A stretch of 64,000 bases of DNA from Octopus vulgaris (Eukaryota): assembly GCA_951406725.2 (NCBI GenBank), contig OX597821.1, forward strand, positions 9,858,001 through 9,922,000, written 5' to 3'. The translations under genes and the position numbers were made by a program. Numbering within the stretch: position 1 is the first letter of the stretch; each line of letters opens with the position of its first letter. Shown here piece after piece: positions 13,636-26,945 of this stretch. A model generated the notes under the pieces. That model made no database searches, was not told where the DNA came from, and saw only the letters and a list, made by a program, of their open reading frames with translations.

Positions 13636-14098
13636 GTGAACCAAACAGTTATATATTATTCATTTTTGTTTAACATTAAAGACTTTCGGTTCACTAAGAA
13701 TGTGGTTTCGAGTATATTTTATTTCTCACTCAATAGCTCCGTAATAATTTTGTTGAGAGACATGTAACAGGTTTTTATGGAGTGATTAACACGTATAACC
13801 ATATAGATGTAAAGAAAACGTACGTATATATATATACATATTTGTGTACCAAACACACAATATATCCTTGAAACAAATCACTATGTTGATATGTATGCAT
13901 ATATATCGACACTCCACCTGTGACGACAGAAATATATCTGAATATCATTTGAAATAGACTTTTTCTCTGTTTACTTGTGTTCTCTATTTTCTCCCTGTTG
14001 TTTACGTATTTCACTCGTTCTGTCCTCGTTTGTTCACGCATTTGAATATATTTGCACCGTTGGTGACGTCTTTTACCCATATATGCATGCATGTACAA

Positions 14099-14157
<59 letters not shown>

Positions 14158-14227
14158 AATATATATAGGTAGATATATATATATATATATATGTAGGGAA
14201 ATAGATAAGTAGACCAGACAGACAGAC

Positions 14228-14367
<140 letters not shown>

Positions 14368-14888
14368 GAACATACGTATATACATAGCTATATAAATGCA
14401 CATGTCAGACATGAAAAATTATGCTATTTCAAAGAAAAACAGTTTCCTATGTACGACGGAGTGTTAATTCCTGTGTGAGCAAAGTTTAACAGTCAGACAG
14501 TTTAACATATTTACTAAATATTCTTCAAAGGCAGTTGGGCAACATTCCTGACAGTAATGACTAAGTGCAAACCAAGCAATGATAAATATTCCCTTACCCT
14601 GTGTAAAGTTTTCAAATGAAATTTCATTGAGACGTAGGTGTGTCATTTCCAAAATCATTTTAATATTAGCATAGTTTCGTTCATCATGTACCTACTCTTC
14701 TTCTAATAAATATCTCTCACCCGATAAAAATAAAATTTGAATGTCACTTTCAATAGATAATTCCTTTACTTTAATCTACCTCGCACACACACAAGCAAAA
14801 TTTATATACATATAGATATTTATGTGTATGTGTGCTTAGCATATGTGTGTTATTATATGTGGGTGTATGCCCCTGTGTGCATGATTTC

Positions 14889-14927
<39 letters not shown>

Positions 14928-14932
14928 TACAT

Positions 14933-16374
14933 GCAAGTTAAAATGCACTGAACATTGTTAAATTATTTTGTATTAATATATTTAAAGCTATAACTGGTTT
15001 CACCTTACACGCTTATTTTCGAAAATGTTCAACTGGTTTGTATCGTAGTTGTCTTGCTTTGGTCTAGTGTTTGAAACCGGCACTATTTTTATAGGCAAAG
15101 GATAGCCGAAAGTGACAAGCTTTGGCGTGGTTAAGGCTGATATCCGAAAACACTAATAATATCCCTTTTACCCTAGCAACAAGAATCTGCACAATTGTTT
15201 CAATATTATCCATCAGAACATCCCACTACTAAAACAAAACCAAGCATTCATATTAGTAAACAAGACCCAACCATTCTAAATACACAAAAAATCAAAGGTA
15301 AAAGACATAAAAAATTCCTGACAATTGCTAATTTACCTTCCACAAATCCTACACCAACAGTCACAAATTGAGCAGGTCCCCAATTGCGGGACCTGCTCTA
15401 ACTTCATTGGAACACAACATGCAAATTTAAATCAGTACAGACATTTAACGTGAAAAACCAGTTCACATGTTCTGCAAGGAAATTAATATGCACTATCAAA
15501 TATCAAGGATGTAATGAATATTACATAGGTCAAAGGGAAATTAATCTAAGATATAGATTGACCATCCACTGAAAACAAATATTATACCCCAATACTAGAC
15601 AGATTCCACTGAGTGGACACCTGGACATATGTGCACAAAATAAGTCCCACAAATTCCATGCTATCCTACTCTACCTATGTTCAGCAAATATCACAGATGA
15701 AGCACTGATAAACAAAAGAAATACTTTCAAACAAACTTTGACAGAATACATACAAAAATAAATATCATGAAGAAGTTACACAGCCAACATCCTAAACTTT
15801 AGCCACTGGACTACTTACAAACGACTCTTGTCCACTTTCCCTTCAGACAGATTAAATTTTGACTGCATTGATTATAACTCAGCATGTCAGCCTTCTTTTT
15901 AGGCTTAAAATATACTGTCGTGTGGCAGTAACGCATGAACGTAGCGGGAAACGTACAAAAGGTAATAAAGTTATTAATGTGTTAATTCTCTACAAACACT
16001 TGACAGAAAACATTCAGAGAACTCGTTGTTTGGATATATTCAGTCAAACGTATCAGCCATAACTTATCATGTCAAACATTTCACTTGATACCAATACAAG
16101 GGCGTAGTGGGGTCCTACAAAAAGTTCTAAGACTAGTCATGTGAGTATCCTCAACAAATCAGATCATATTCAAAACCTATACTAATTTGAGCCATAAACT
16201 CCCTATAAAAATAGCGCCAGTTTCGAACACAAATCAGAAGCAAAACAGCTGCGACTTAAGCCGTATCTTTCTAATTGAATTTTTTGGAAAATCAGTGTAA
16301 AATGTGAAACCGGTAAAAACCTGAAATATATTAACAAACAATATTCTAACTATTCTCAGTGCATTTTCAACTTC
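14933..16374 (+). mobile_element. Decayed Penelope-like element: GIY-YIG remnant with inverted terminal copy
   Basis: 15450-15720 translates as KNQFTCSARKLICTIKYQGCNEYYIGQREINLRYRLTIH*KQI...PLSGHLDIC. 14933-15020 is an inverted copy of 16287-16374. Confidence 0.82.
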
Positions 16375-16409
16375 TAATTTTCCTATATTTCTATATATTT
16401 CTATATTTC

Positions 16410-16829
16410 TAAAATTTTATTAAATTTTAATCCATGCACACGATCGTTTCGAATGGCAACATCAACATGTAAGAAACATGGAAAAAAATTAATTAATGAT
16501 AATTATAATTATATTTATAGTTCTTACACAACAAGACGCAACACTACCTAAGCATGTTCTTATATTTCATCTTTGATATTCATACCAAAATCCAAATGAA
16601 TTATGTGATACTGACTCCAACTAGTCTTCCGTAACAATATAATATTCTTTTGATACTATCTTTTAAATGCATTCTTCTTTTGCCCTGAGGAGAATGGTAA
16701 TATGTAATTAATTTAATTATAATTATAACAAATTAGGTTGATTTAATATATTCCATGCTTCTTATATTCCATGTTTGTGTTCCCATTCGAAACGATCGTA
16801 CAGATGGATTAAAATTTTATAAAACTTTT
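16410..16829 (+). mobile_element. Short element with inverted arms and an HHR-like motif
   Basis: 16410-16512 is inverted relative to 16713-16829. Contains CTGAGGA-GAATGG...CCATTC-GAAAC-GATC-GTA. Confidence 0.6.
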
Positions 16830-17097
16830 AACATCTTCTGTTCTCCATATTTAATTGCTTGTTGAGTTTATATAGGATACGTGTTCATAACACACAAACT
16901 TGTAACATTTTCATAATTAAAAACAAAATTACTTACTATAGGAAGCTACCAATTCAATATGAAGAATCATTATTAGAAATCTAGATTTGGAACACCCCAA
17001 AGTAAAAGGATTAAATAGAACTAAATCTTTCTCTCTCTCATATATATGTATGTATGTATATATATATGCGCGCGCGTGTGTGTGTGTGTGTATGTAT

Positions 17098-17134
<37 letters not shown>

Positions 17135-17136
<2 letters not shown>

Positions 17137-17352
17137 TATAAAGTTAATCCAAACAAGATAGCACAAAAAAGCACTACGCCGCGAGGACGTGAAACAAATA
17201 TAGTATTATTGGACGCTCAGGAAAGAAGGAAAGAAGGAGGGTTTAACGTTTCGAGCTGAGCTCTTCGTCGGAAACATAGGAGAAGAAAAGTTCCAGAGAA
17301 GGGAAGACAGAGGGAAAAAAATCGCCAACGGTACACACGAGGTCACATTTTG
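17135..17352 (-). mobile_element. Probable Penelope-like terminal repeat fragment with a minimal HHR-like motif
   Basis: Minus strand reads GTTT-CCGACGA-A-GAGC(TCA)GCTC-GAAAC-GTT-AAAC at 17275-17241. Lies between microsatellites. Confidence 0.5.
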
Positions 17353-17395
17353 ATAAATAGATATATAGACAGATAGATAGATAGATACACACACG

Positions 17396-17429
<34 letters not shown>

Positions 17430-17919
17430 CATACATACATATATATACACATGCATATATGTATATATCGAATACGTGCACGACAATGTAAACGCATTTT
17501 GATTAGGGTATATTTTGTCAGACTAGTAGCCAACGGATTAAACCCTCGTTTAGATAATTACTACTTTTGAGATTCTACTAGAAATGAAACGTATGACAAC
17601 TGGAGGTTATCTACTCCATTCCCAAATATTTTACTTCTATTTACATGCTCAGGAATGCCTGCAGCTAATCATAAGTTTTGAAACAGTTATTTTCAGCTTG
17701 AATCTTCCATATGACCCAACTTTTCAAACATTTTACATGAATAAACCACTGTTACTGAAATTACTTTCCATACTATCTACGGACTGCTCATTCTTACTAT
17801 TTTCCTACTTTTTGATACTTGGATCTTACCGTTACAAACATACATGCAGAGATACATGCATACACTTATACATACACAGACAAACACACACACACACACA
17901 CAAATATACATATATATAC

Positions 17920-17960
<41 letters not shown>

Positions 17961-18077
17961 AAGTATAAAAGCCATCTCAATATGGCTAACCACAAAGTAG
18001 GGTGTTACTGTAGCTTTTTAGCCCCAGGAGATCAACGTCTCCAGCTGGCTGTAGACACACTTTCTGTGCCCTTCAGG

Positions 18078-18211
18078 TATTTGCAAAGGGAGGCCATCCC
18101 TTCCTCGTAAGCCTGAGTGATACGCACCGGACCGGTTTCGAGATTATTGTCTCTTATCAACGGGCGGTAACCACCCGGTCACGATGAAAGACGAGGGCTG
18201 CTTTGCAAATA
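18078..18211 (-). ncRNA. Degenerate type I hammerhead ribozyme within a long hairpin
   Basis: Minus strand: stem I - TTGATAA - GAGA(CAATAA)TCTC - GAAAC-CG-GTC - stem I. Outer stem TATTTGCAAAG/CTTTGCAAATA. Confidence 0.6.
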
Positions 18212-18884
18212 TATAAGAGTTTTTCTAGTGACGACTGCCACTGATTTCGAAAAACTGATATATATGTATATATACCTACAAAGGCAAATACATGCACTGA
18301 CACACTCTACGCATACAAATACATTTCAAGCAATACATGCTGATGATATTAATATACCAGTGATGTGAAATAGGCAGGACGCGTTTGGTGACAATTTGTG
18401 TCGTTATTCTTAAGTGAAGCATCATCAATCATCCTGATGCTAATAAGTCATCTGCTCTGATATAGAAAATATACATTTCTGCTATTGTGATCGGACAATT
18501 GCTTGTTTTTTTCTCTGCTGTAGGATTGTATATATCAATAAAGGTTCATTCATCCTACGATATTTCTATATTTAAAATTGTTGCTGGACAGCGCTTTATT
18601 GATTTTTCTTGTCAACTTATATACGAATATCAGAAGGCATCTTTATTTGATCAAACTATATTAAATGCATGAGTTGCATTATATATTACAAAATCAAACA
18701 CTTTTTGGTAAAATCAAAGCTAAACTGCCATGCTAAAGAAGTTTTTTCACTGCTATTTCCAGAGTTTATATGCAAAAATAATTCAACGCATACATGCCTA
18801 CCTATATGTTTGTCGGACTTTGGTGCCTCTCCCGCTCTCTCTATATATGTGTGTTTGTGCATGTATATAGGGTAAGGCATTTGT

Positions 18885-19400
18885 GAAGAAAGTTGTTTGT
18901 AACCACCTTCGGCATGAATAATTGCTTCCGTGCGAGATCTAAATATTCTACATGCCCGAATTAAATGTGTTTGGTTCAGGTCGGACATTGTTCCAGTTAT
19001 GGCGGTTTTCAAAAAATTCTTTGTATCGTAGGGATGTTGACTGACTACTCACTGACTCTGAAAAAAGCTATATGCCTTGTAGTCCAATTATGTTATGTGT
19101 TCATTAAAATTGTCAGACATCTATCCTTGAATTGCTTCAATCTTAATTGATGCTGCTGTCCAACTGAAATACGTACGACCTTCCACTACGTACTCTGTCT
19201 ATATATGACATATCAGCTGTTTTCAGGAACTGGAACCAGATTTAAACTAGGCCTTTTGAAAAGAAAGAACGACGTACCATATGTCCTTAGTTACTCACCG
19301 CTCTCAAGTCTCTTATATTTAGTAAATGATATACTCCTATTCGTGTAATATTTTACGTCTTCAAGAACGCCCTTCATTTTGAACATTGAGAAATGGAACC
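18885..19400 (-). mobile_element. Transposase fossil, DD37D (maT)-like IS630/Tc1/mariner
   Basis: Fragments LRAVSN*GHMVRRSFFSKGL and LKTAITGTMSDLNQTHLIRACRIFRSRTEAIIHAEGGY resemble the catalytic and C-terminal regions. Confidence 0.7.
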
Positions 19401-19874
19401 TCTGTTCGATAGAAGATAAAGCAGAGTATTTGAAATGTTTTGAATTGAATTGTGTATGATTTGTCACAGTGAGTTTGCTAGATTGTAGCACGGTAGAGAA
19501 GGTTTTAAGTTAGATTATGCATAGGAAATATATTCTGATACATTCTCATCCTGATGAGGTAACAATGAAATTTAACAGTTTTACATTAATATCAAATACA
19601 ATAGTGATAATCATGTCCTTGAAAATTGTTGGCGATTATTATAAAAAAAACTTCAATCTCTTTTGAATGGATGGAATTGTTAAAGAGTTGCAAACAATGG
19701 TCACATTATATTATTCCAAGAAGAATGTAGAGTTTAACCTTTCGAAATATACACATTAAATAATTCAGATACAACGGCGGTGACATTACCACAAATATAG
19801 ACATTGTTTATTACAGTGTGGACTATACATTTTTTTTACACATTCAAATTATAAAAAAAATATTAGCTGTTAAT

Positions 19875-19875
19875 A

Positions 19876-19940
<65 letters not shown>

Positions 19941-19955
19941 GGATAATAATAATAA
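19875..19955. repeat. (AAT)n microsatellite
   Basis: Direct reading. Confidence 0.95.
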
Positions 19956-21369
19956 TGAAATCATTGTATAGTGCTCAGGTGCACCACAACGTGGTGGCTT
20001 TTGGAAAAACCAAAACTGCCGCCGTGTTGATCACCAAGAGTTCAAGAGTTGTAGAATGAGGTCTGCAGGAAAAATTATAGTATACTGCTCCTCTTTTTGA
20101 TAAATTTAAAAACATCAGTGGATTCGAGACACACAATAATTTAATCAATAATTGATCATCAACAGAAAATAAACACGCCTAGATACAATTTTTTCCGTGT
20201 TTTCGGCATTTAAACCATTTATCATAAAATAGGTATTTGTATTAACTAAATGCGTAATCAGCTTATTTAACCTAGTTTAGAATCCTGTTATTCCCATTTA
20301 AATACAGCGTTTCATGTATATTTCACGACTCATCAAATACTACAGTAAGCAGCAATATGTCATTACTCTAAGCAAAATTTTCTCTGAAAATTGCGACATT
20401 TACCATTATTTGTGTCATTAATTTAATCAATTAAATATAAATTCATTTCACATATATTAAATTAAAAGTCCAAATTAAATTTTTACTTCATTGAATTTAT
20501 TCGAGTTTGAGGAAGCATATCTAGTTAGTAAGTCAATTCTTGTGGCTTTATAACAATCCATGTAAACTTTTAGGAAATTATAGCTCATAAAATGTTCCAA
20601 ATGTTCTTCGCTTTCCAAAACAACTTGTTGTTAATTTCATACATTTCATTGACTCTCACATGAAATTAGCTGATAATATATTTATATATCTAATACATAC
20701 TTATTAATGCACATTTAACTTTTAATTCATATCATTAATTTTAAATGTTCATTGAAATTATCCACAATATTAAAACTTCAATGATACGGGCGAATAACTG
20801 CAGGTTTTTAACATTTTATGGCTTTCTAAAATAAGATTAATACTCTTATAATATTTCAAATCCTCTATTGCTGAATACATTTTAACTACAATCTTCACCA
20901 GGAATATTTATTCTAACTCATATTCCACGGATTATATTTTTTACATGCCGACTATTTTTTTATTATTTTCATTGAAAGCACTTCATAGGGAAAAAAACTG
21001 TTAAATATCCCCAAAATATAGTGTTTTTGACATTACAGTCTTCACTTCTATATATTCAAAAGCAATATTTGTAGCAACTTTCACGAAATATATGTAGATT
21101 CACGTTCAGTTACATTACGTTCCGATTATAGTTATTTGATCCATTACTTCTTTTACAGATATTTTAACCCCTCCCATGCTAATTAGGTCGAATTTTGTCT
21201 ATGCTAATTCATCTCACTCATCTTGCATCTATATCTCGATTCCATTATTAACTTTCGAATAAAAAAAAAACCTTCAGCTCAACTTCGATGAAATTTTCAA
21301 AGTTTACGAATATATGAGATATGCAGATGCTATTTGATTATTTGGCAACTGAATGCATGTGTTCTTATA

Positions 21370-21667
21370 CATTTAAGAGATGAGATGTAGCTTTCTTGAA
21401 AGTAAACGCCCTTCACAAATACGTAAATATATTTTCTATCGGAATCTGCCATACCTTTCGCAAGTGGGGCCTGAAGGTCTTATGGTGCAGGTTCTGGAAA
21501 GAGCGCGGGAATACGAAACCGAAAATGGCTGCCATTTATGCGACGTTATTGCATCATATTAATTTCCATTATGTCCTTTATACGGTATCAAAATATCATG
21601 CATTTATTTGTTGCGTTAGGGAAGTTATTAAAACTTGAAACTCAGCAGTTACTTTTTGGTCACCCTG
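21370..21667 (+). mobile_element. 3' end of a DD41D (rosa)-like transposon
   Basis: C-terminal-like peptide LMVQVLERAREYETENGCHLCDVI and a TIR-like end TTACTTTTTGGTCACCCTG. Confidence 0.55.
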
Positions 21668-24600
21668 AATATAAACACACGAATATACAATTGTATAAAT
21701 ATAATGAGAAGGACACTAATGAAGATCGCCTCATGCTACATATAGATGACAAATGGCTCTAAGAATCGCTCTCGGAATCATTAGAACACACAAGCTCGTC
21801 CACCACGGTAAGGGACGACAATCGGAGGAGTCATCACCAACTCCATATTTCGTCTCCCTTCGCATCAAAAGACCATCTGGAAACACCAAATGTCTAAACA
21901 CGGGCACATCATCGACTAAAAAATGGCGGTTTTAATTCAATTATTAATCCAGGTATTTTACCACTTTCTCTTCTGCAAAGCCTACCTTCTACAATATTTC
22001 ATCATTTACACGAACAGTTCAGTGTTCAATGTATACATCTATATTCTGAGGCTATTCCTACACCAGTTAGCTCTATTGCACTTCCCCCAAAATAAGTTCC
22101 TCCTTTTAATATGTCATTCCCCGCTGCGGTGCCCTCAATCATTTTCTTTCGAATACTTTCACTACATTTCAATACGAGAGGCTGTGCTTCTCATTTCCAG
22201 ATATGTTCTCTGTGATTTTCCATTGTTTTCTGATTGTGGAGTGTAGGTGATGGGATTTGCCATAACAACCTAGAACTTTGATATATTATTGCTCCGATGT
22301 CTGTGACTCCTTGTCGATTACACTGCTTCTCCCCTCATTTGTTTCTTTTCTTCTCCAATTCGCAGGTACTTAGAGCAAAATGCCTTCCTGTTGCTCGTAC
22401 AACTGCACTCATAACTTATGAATGAAGCCACTTTCCTGCATAAGAAGCAGGTTAAAAAATTTAAGATGTGATTCAGCCCATGCACAATCGTTTCCGTCCT
22501 TCAATGTTTCGACAAAAGTTCACGAAATCAAAGTTGAACTCTGCAATTTTTTCAAGTGAGAATACAAAGAAACATATACAGCTAATGCAAGTCTTTATTT
22601 TCTGTACAACCATTCTGCCTACAACTAGTCTTGTGATTTTTAGCTTAGACAGATCCTGAGTTTCCCACCATAGCTGTTTATTCAATACCATTGTATCCAG
22701 TACGTGACTGAAACTTTATATTATCAACTCAGAGAAGTTAAAAAGCAAAGTTAACCGCGCTGGTGTATGAACTCATATCGTAAAAATCTTGATTAAATGT
22801 CGCTAAACATATATTCCGACATACTAAGGATGTATTTTCAATTGTGACAGACACTAATTTGGAGGAGGAGATAAGATAGAAACAGTTTTTATAAAACTAA
22901 ATCAGAATTACTAAAAAATAACCGCTGTTATATTCTTCTAATCAACCGACATGTCATGCCGGAGTTATACTGACAAGATTAATATAATCTCAGGCAGACG
23001 TCAATCTTTTGTTTTGAGTTAATTCTTTGAACCCAATGTTAAATGTTGCTCATCAAATTATTCATTGAATCGAATGAAAGGAAATCTATAATCGCTGTTT
23101 TCTGGAAATATTAATATTGGCATCTTTTAGAATTCATAAATTCACCGTTGATTATTTACTTAACCATAAAGCTAAATATAACGGAGTTCACGTAAGACGC
23201 AAAGAATAGAAATGAATGTAACTTATGGCCGTCGTTTGCCCTGAACTGTTGTGTGCGTTACATTTCATAGCTATGAAAGCACATTGGTTTCGTTAACACA
23301 TAGACTTACTGAGATAAATTATATATATATTAATACTACAGCAAACATTTAATAATGATATTTCCTTAAAGGTGGAACAGTTTCATGAGAGTAGCCCGGC
23401 AGCTATAATCACAGAAATATGATTGTAACTGTTGTTATTCTTCAAAAATAAATATAATAATATAAAGAAATGAATAAATTAATTTTATCTAAGAAATTTG
23501 GTTTGTCTTCTCTGACAATTAAAAAAAAAGAAGAGGAAATCGAGATAGTGTCGTTTGACAACTCACGCCTAGCAATCTTTGTCTTCATACTTCGACATGT
23601 ATTCAGTTTCTATTCGTTTGCTTCAGTTGTTTTGTTTTCCATCCTTATCTCCCATTACACTAGCTCTTATAATCCACATGTTTTGCACATCTTTAAAAGA
23701 CTTGCATTGAAATAATGATAATCTCTTCATTTTCCCCTTCCTTTTTCTTTCCATAATACATGTCTTTTTATCAATATTCATTTCAGTACACTTCTGTTCA
23801 CTTATCACATTTTCTTATAGAAAGGACTCTTGTTATTTTTCCTTGTCTCTTTATTTCATCAACACAAAAGCACCAAAGAATATTGTTGTTTCTCTCTTAC
23901 ACTTTCATCAGTGCTTTTTTGGTAGTGTGCTCTACTTATTTTTGTGTGTTTCCAAATATATTTATTTTATAACAATAAAAGTCGTTCCTCATTTCATTCT
24001 ACACATTATTTCTATTTTTCATTCATTTAATTTTTTTTTCATTTATTAATGCTGTCGCTTACTTTCTTGGTTTATGTCTATCGTTTCGCTTATTTTGTAC
24101 CTCCACCCATTTGTCTATTTTTCAATCTTCCCAATTTTATTTAAGTCCCGCGATTGTTTATATGTTGTCCCCCAGTCTACTGTATTTATATTTCCTGAAT
24201 AAATTATTTATATTGTTTCAATAGGAGGTTGTTTTAAACTGTATCATGAATGTTTATATGGACCACTCCTAACGAAAGACAGAGCTTCCTTCGATCATTA
24301 CATAAACAAAGTATTAAGAAAAAATGTTATTTAGATATAACTTTATTTTAGTTGGTTACACTCTTTTACGCTTGATTACGCTCTTATACATTCAAAGTTC
24401 ACAAATTTCCTTATTTGAATTATGAACCACATTCCTTTGTAATCAATATGGTTACAAAACCTCTTTGCAGACGGTATTTTATGTTTAGTCGACACTAATT
24501 TTCAAATTATTGAAGTCCATTACTCAACTCATAGTGACGTTTAAGTGGTCGTGTGTAAACATCGGAGTGCGTAAAAATACAACTACACGATCTAAAGTCT

Positions 24601-24869
24601 GGCCCCGTGACGTGTTTGCTGTGAATGCGCGAGCAGGATCGTTTGTGTTGCAAAAATTCAAACTAAGACATACCTCACATAGTTTTATGTGAATAATGTC
24701 TGGACGTTCTGGGAGCATGGGTTATTTTGATTGGCAAAACTGAGATGTAAACAACAGCTGCTTCGATTAGTCGTTTGGGATCCTGCTCGAGACTAACACA
24801 CTTCAATAACCACTTTATAATCACACTCTATATACTGCCACACACTTTTCACATTTATTTTCGATATTA

Positions 24870-25519
24870 ATCGTCCGCGCGGCCCCCTTCGTATATAGGA
24901 TGGGGGCGCGAACTATACGACGAAAATCCTGAGTTACTCGTGGACAGGGAAATTTTAGCAAGAATGCGAAGGTGATTTCTCAATTCAAAAATCGATATCC
25001 ACGAAATAAACATAGTCTCTGACTTTTTAATGTTAAAACCCTTCATGACGATCTTTCTAAAGCCATAAAATACTGCAGCCATTGGTCCAGCCGTCTGGCC
25101 GTGAAGAGGGAACAGACAACGAGACAGGCAGACCGATAGACAAACAGACATAACGTCTATTGTAGTAAGATTGCAAATGTACCCATCTACGATGGGAAAT
25201 ATAGGGACTGTATCGCAAATCTAAATCCTCTAAATCCCCAAACTCTATGTGGGGCGGGGATGGGGAATCCAGAATTAATCCTCGTCGCCGGAATTTTAAC
25301 ACACACGCAAAAAAAAATCAAGGTTAGTTTATTAATACAAAACTCAATATCCACTAAGTAATCATACTCTATCTTATTTTTATTCTCTAAAAACCTTCCT
25401 GATTACGTCCTTTGTAATCCCCAATATCATCAAGACCTTTGGTCCAGCCGTCTGATCGTGAAGAGTGAACAGACAGGCAGACGGACCGATAGACGCACAT
25501 AACGTCAATTATAGTAAGA
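24870..25519 (-). mobile_element. Two tandem non-autonomous Helitron-like units with (GACA)n-like tracts
   Basis: The shared segment TTGGTCCAGCCGTCTG...ACATAACGTC.ATT.TAGTAAGAT occurs at 25082-25171 and 25439-25520. On the minus strand each unit begins A|TCTTACTA, a Helitron-type 5' TC. Confidence 0.6.
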
Positions 25520-26724
25520 TTTGTAAAAAACATGGTAAAAAGTCAACATTAATATATTATATTTCAGTCTTTTGTTGAGACGAGTTGGCAGACTCACGCG
25601 AGTAACGTACAATTCATATTTATTTTAGAGCCTTTATTACGTGCTTCCATTTCTCGCCAAGGCCTACTTTCATTTCTATTCGTCTTGTTGTGATCAAACA
25701 AAACAAATCAAGTGGTGAGACTGATATTATCGAATATAATACCTACTTCAACACAAACAGTGTGGTTTTGTGCCTATACTAACAATCAGTATATAGCCGA
25801 TCGCACGAAAATCTGCTAGTCTGGTGACCAAACATTGTTAATTGGAACGGTAATAGTTAAGTATTTTCAATTAGCTCAAATATATCCAGAAGAAAATTCA
25901 ACACAGCTGCAGTAGATCTCGAATGGAAGAAATAATAAACAGGATAGCGATGCAAATCTAGTGCTATTAATTTTAGAAAGTGCATCATCAATGATATCGT
26001 CTCAGTGTTTGATTGCTGGTGTTCTTATTTTATTTTTAATCGATGGAAATCAATTGTGATAAGTGGGGCTATTCTATTCAAACATAAGACCGCCCTAAAT
26101 CCAAGCAGCAAAGATGATCCAATGAAAATACAAAAAAAGAACAAAACATGTAGGCCTCGGAAAAATTTCAACTTGAGAAAACAAGTGAGAAAACAACCAG
26201 GAAAAAGACTACAAGGCAAAACACAGGACACACACAAATCCGTCACCACCCTGAATGGGCAGGTAACATCGGTTGGATTTTAACTCATGAAGCAAGAATT
26301 GACTTTTTGTCCAAAATTTTACGGCTAAGCCAATTGACCACATGCTCTGTAAAAATATACTCTCAGCGCTGAAAAATTGATAACTAAACGCATGACATTT
26401 TTTGGCCCCCTGTATTTTAAGCGGTTTCCCACCATTAATAACTATTTCTTTAGTCTTAATACATTTCACGCCGGAATGGTGACGATTGAATCAACATACA
26501 CTATACTCATCACTGTATGATATATTTTAACAATGCGAAGCAAACAAACCCGCGCTGGTAGCTTCTGCATCACGGACTCCGCCTCGAAATTTCGTAATCT
26601 CACTTCAATGAATGTCTTCAAAATAAATAAATTATCATATCATTAATATCAGTGAAACATCACTGCTTCCACAAGTAAAATTAACATTATGAAACGGAAC
26701 GCCACAATTATTGATATTCATTTA

Positions 26725-26945
26725 AGGCAGCAAGTTGGTACAATTGATAACACGTCGATCGAGTTGTATACCGGCATTTTTTACTGCCTGTACGTTCTGA
26801 GTTGCAATTCCACTGAGATCGAAAGTTGTTCACGCTTTCGATATCGATATACTAAGTACCAGTTGAGCTCTACGAGAGATGTAATCGACTTGCCCCTCTT
26901 CAAAATTTTAGACCATGTGTCTATGGTAGGAACACTTATTATTAA
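26725..26945 (+). mobile_element. Old SINE, family C
   Basis: TACGTTCTGAGTTGCAATTCC...AAGTACCAGTTGAGC...GATGTAATCGACTT is shared with copies at 41451, 41680 and 58871. Weaker copies at ~25578-25790 (+) and ~22685-22830 (-). Confidence 0.65.

Noticed and set aside
19545-19580. CTGATGAG...GAAA hammerhead boxes
   Set aside because: No stem II or stem I pairing.
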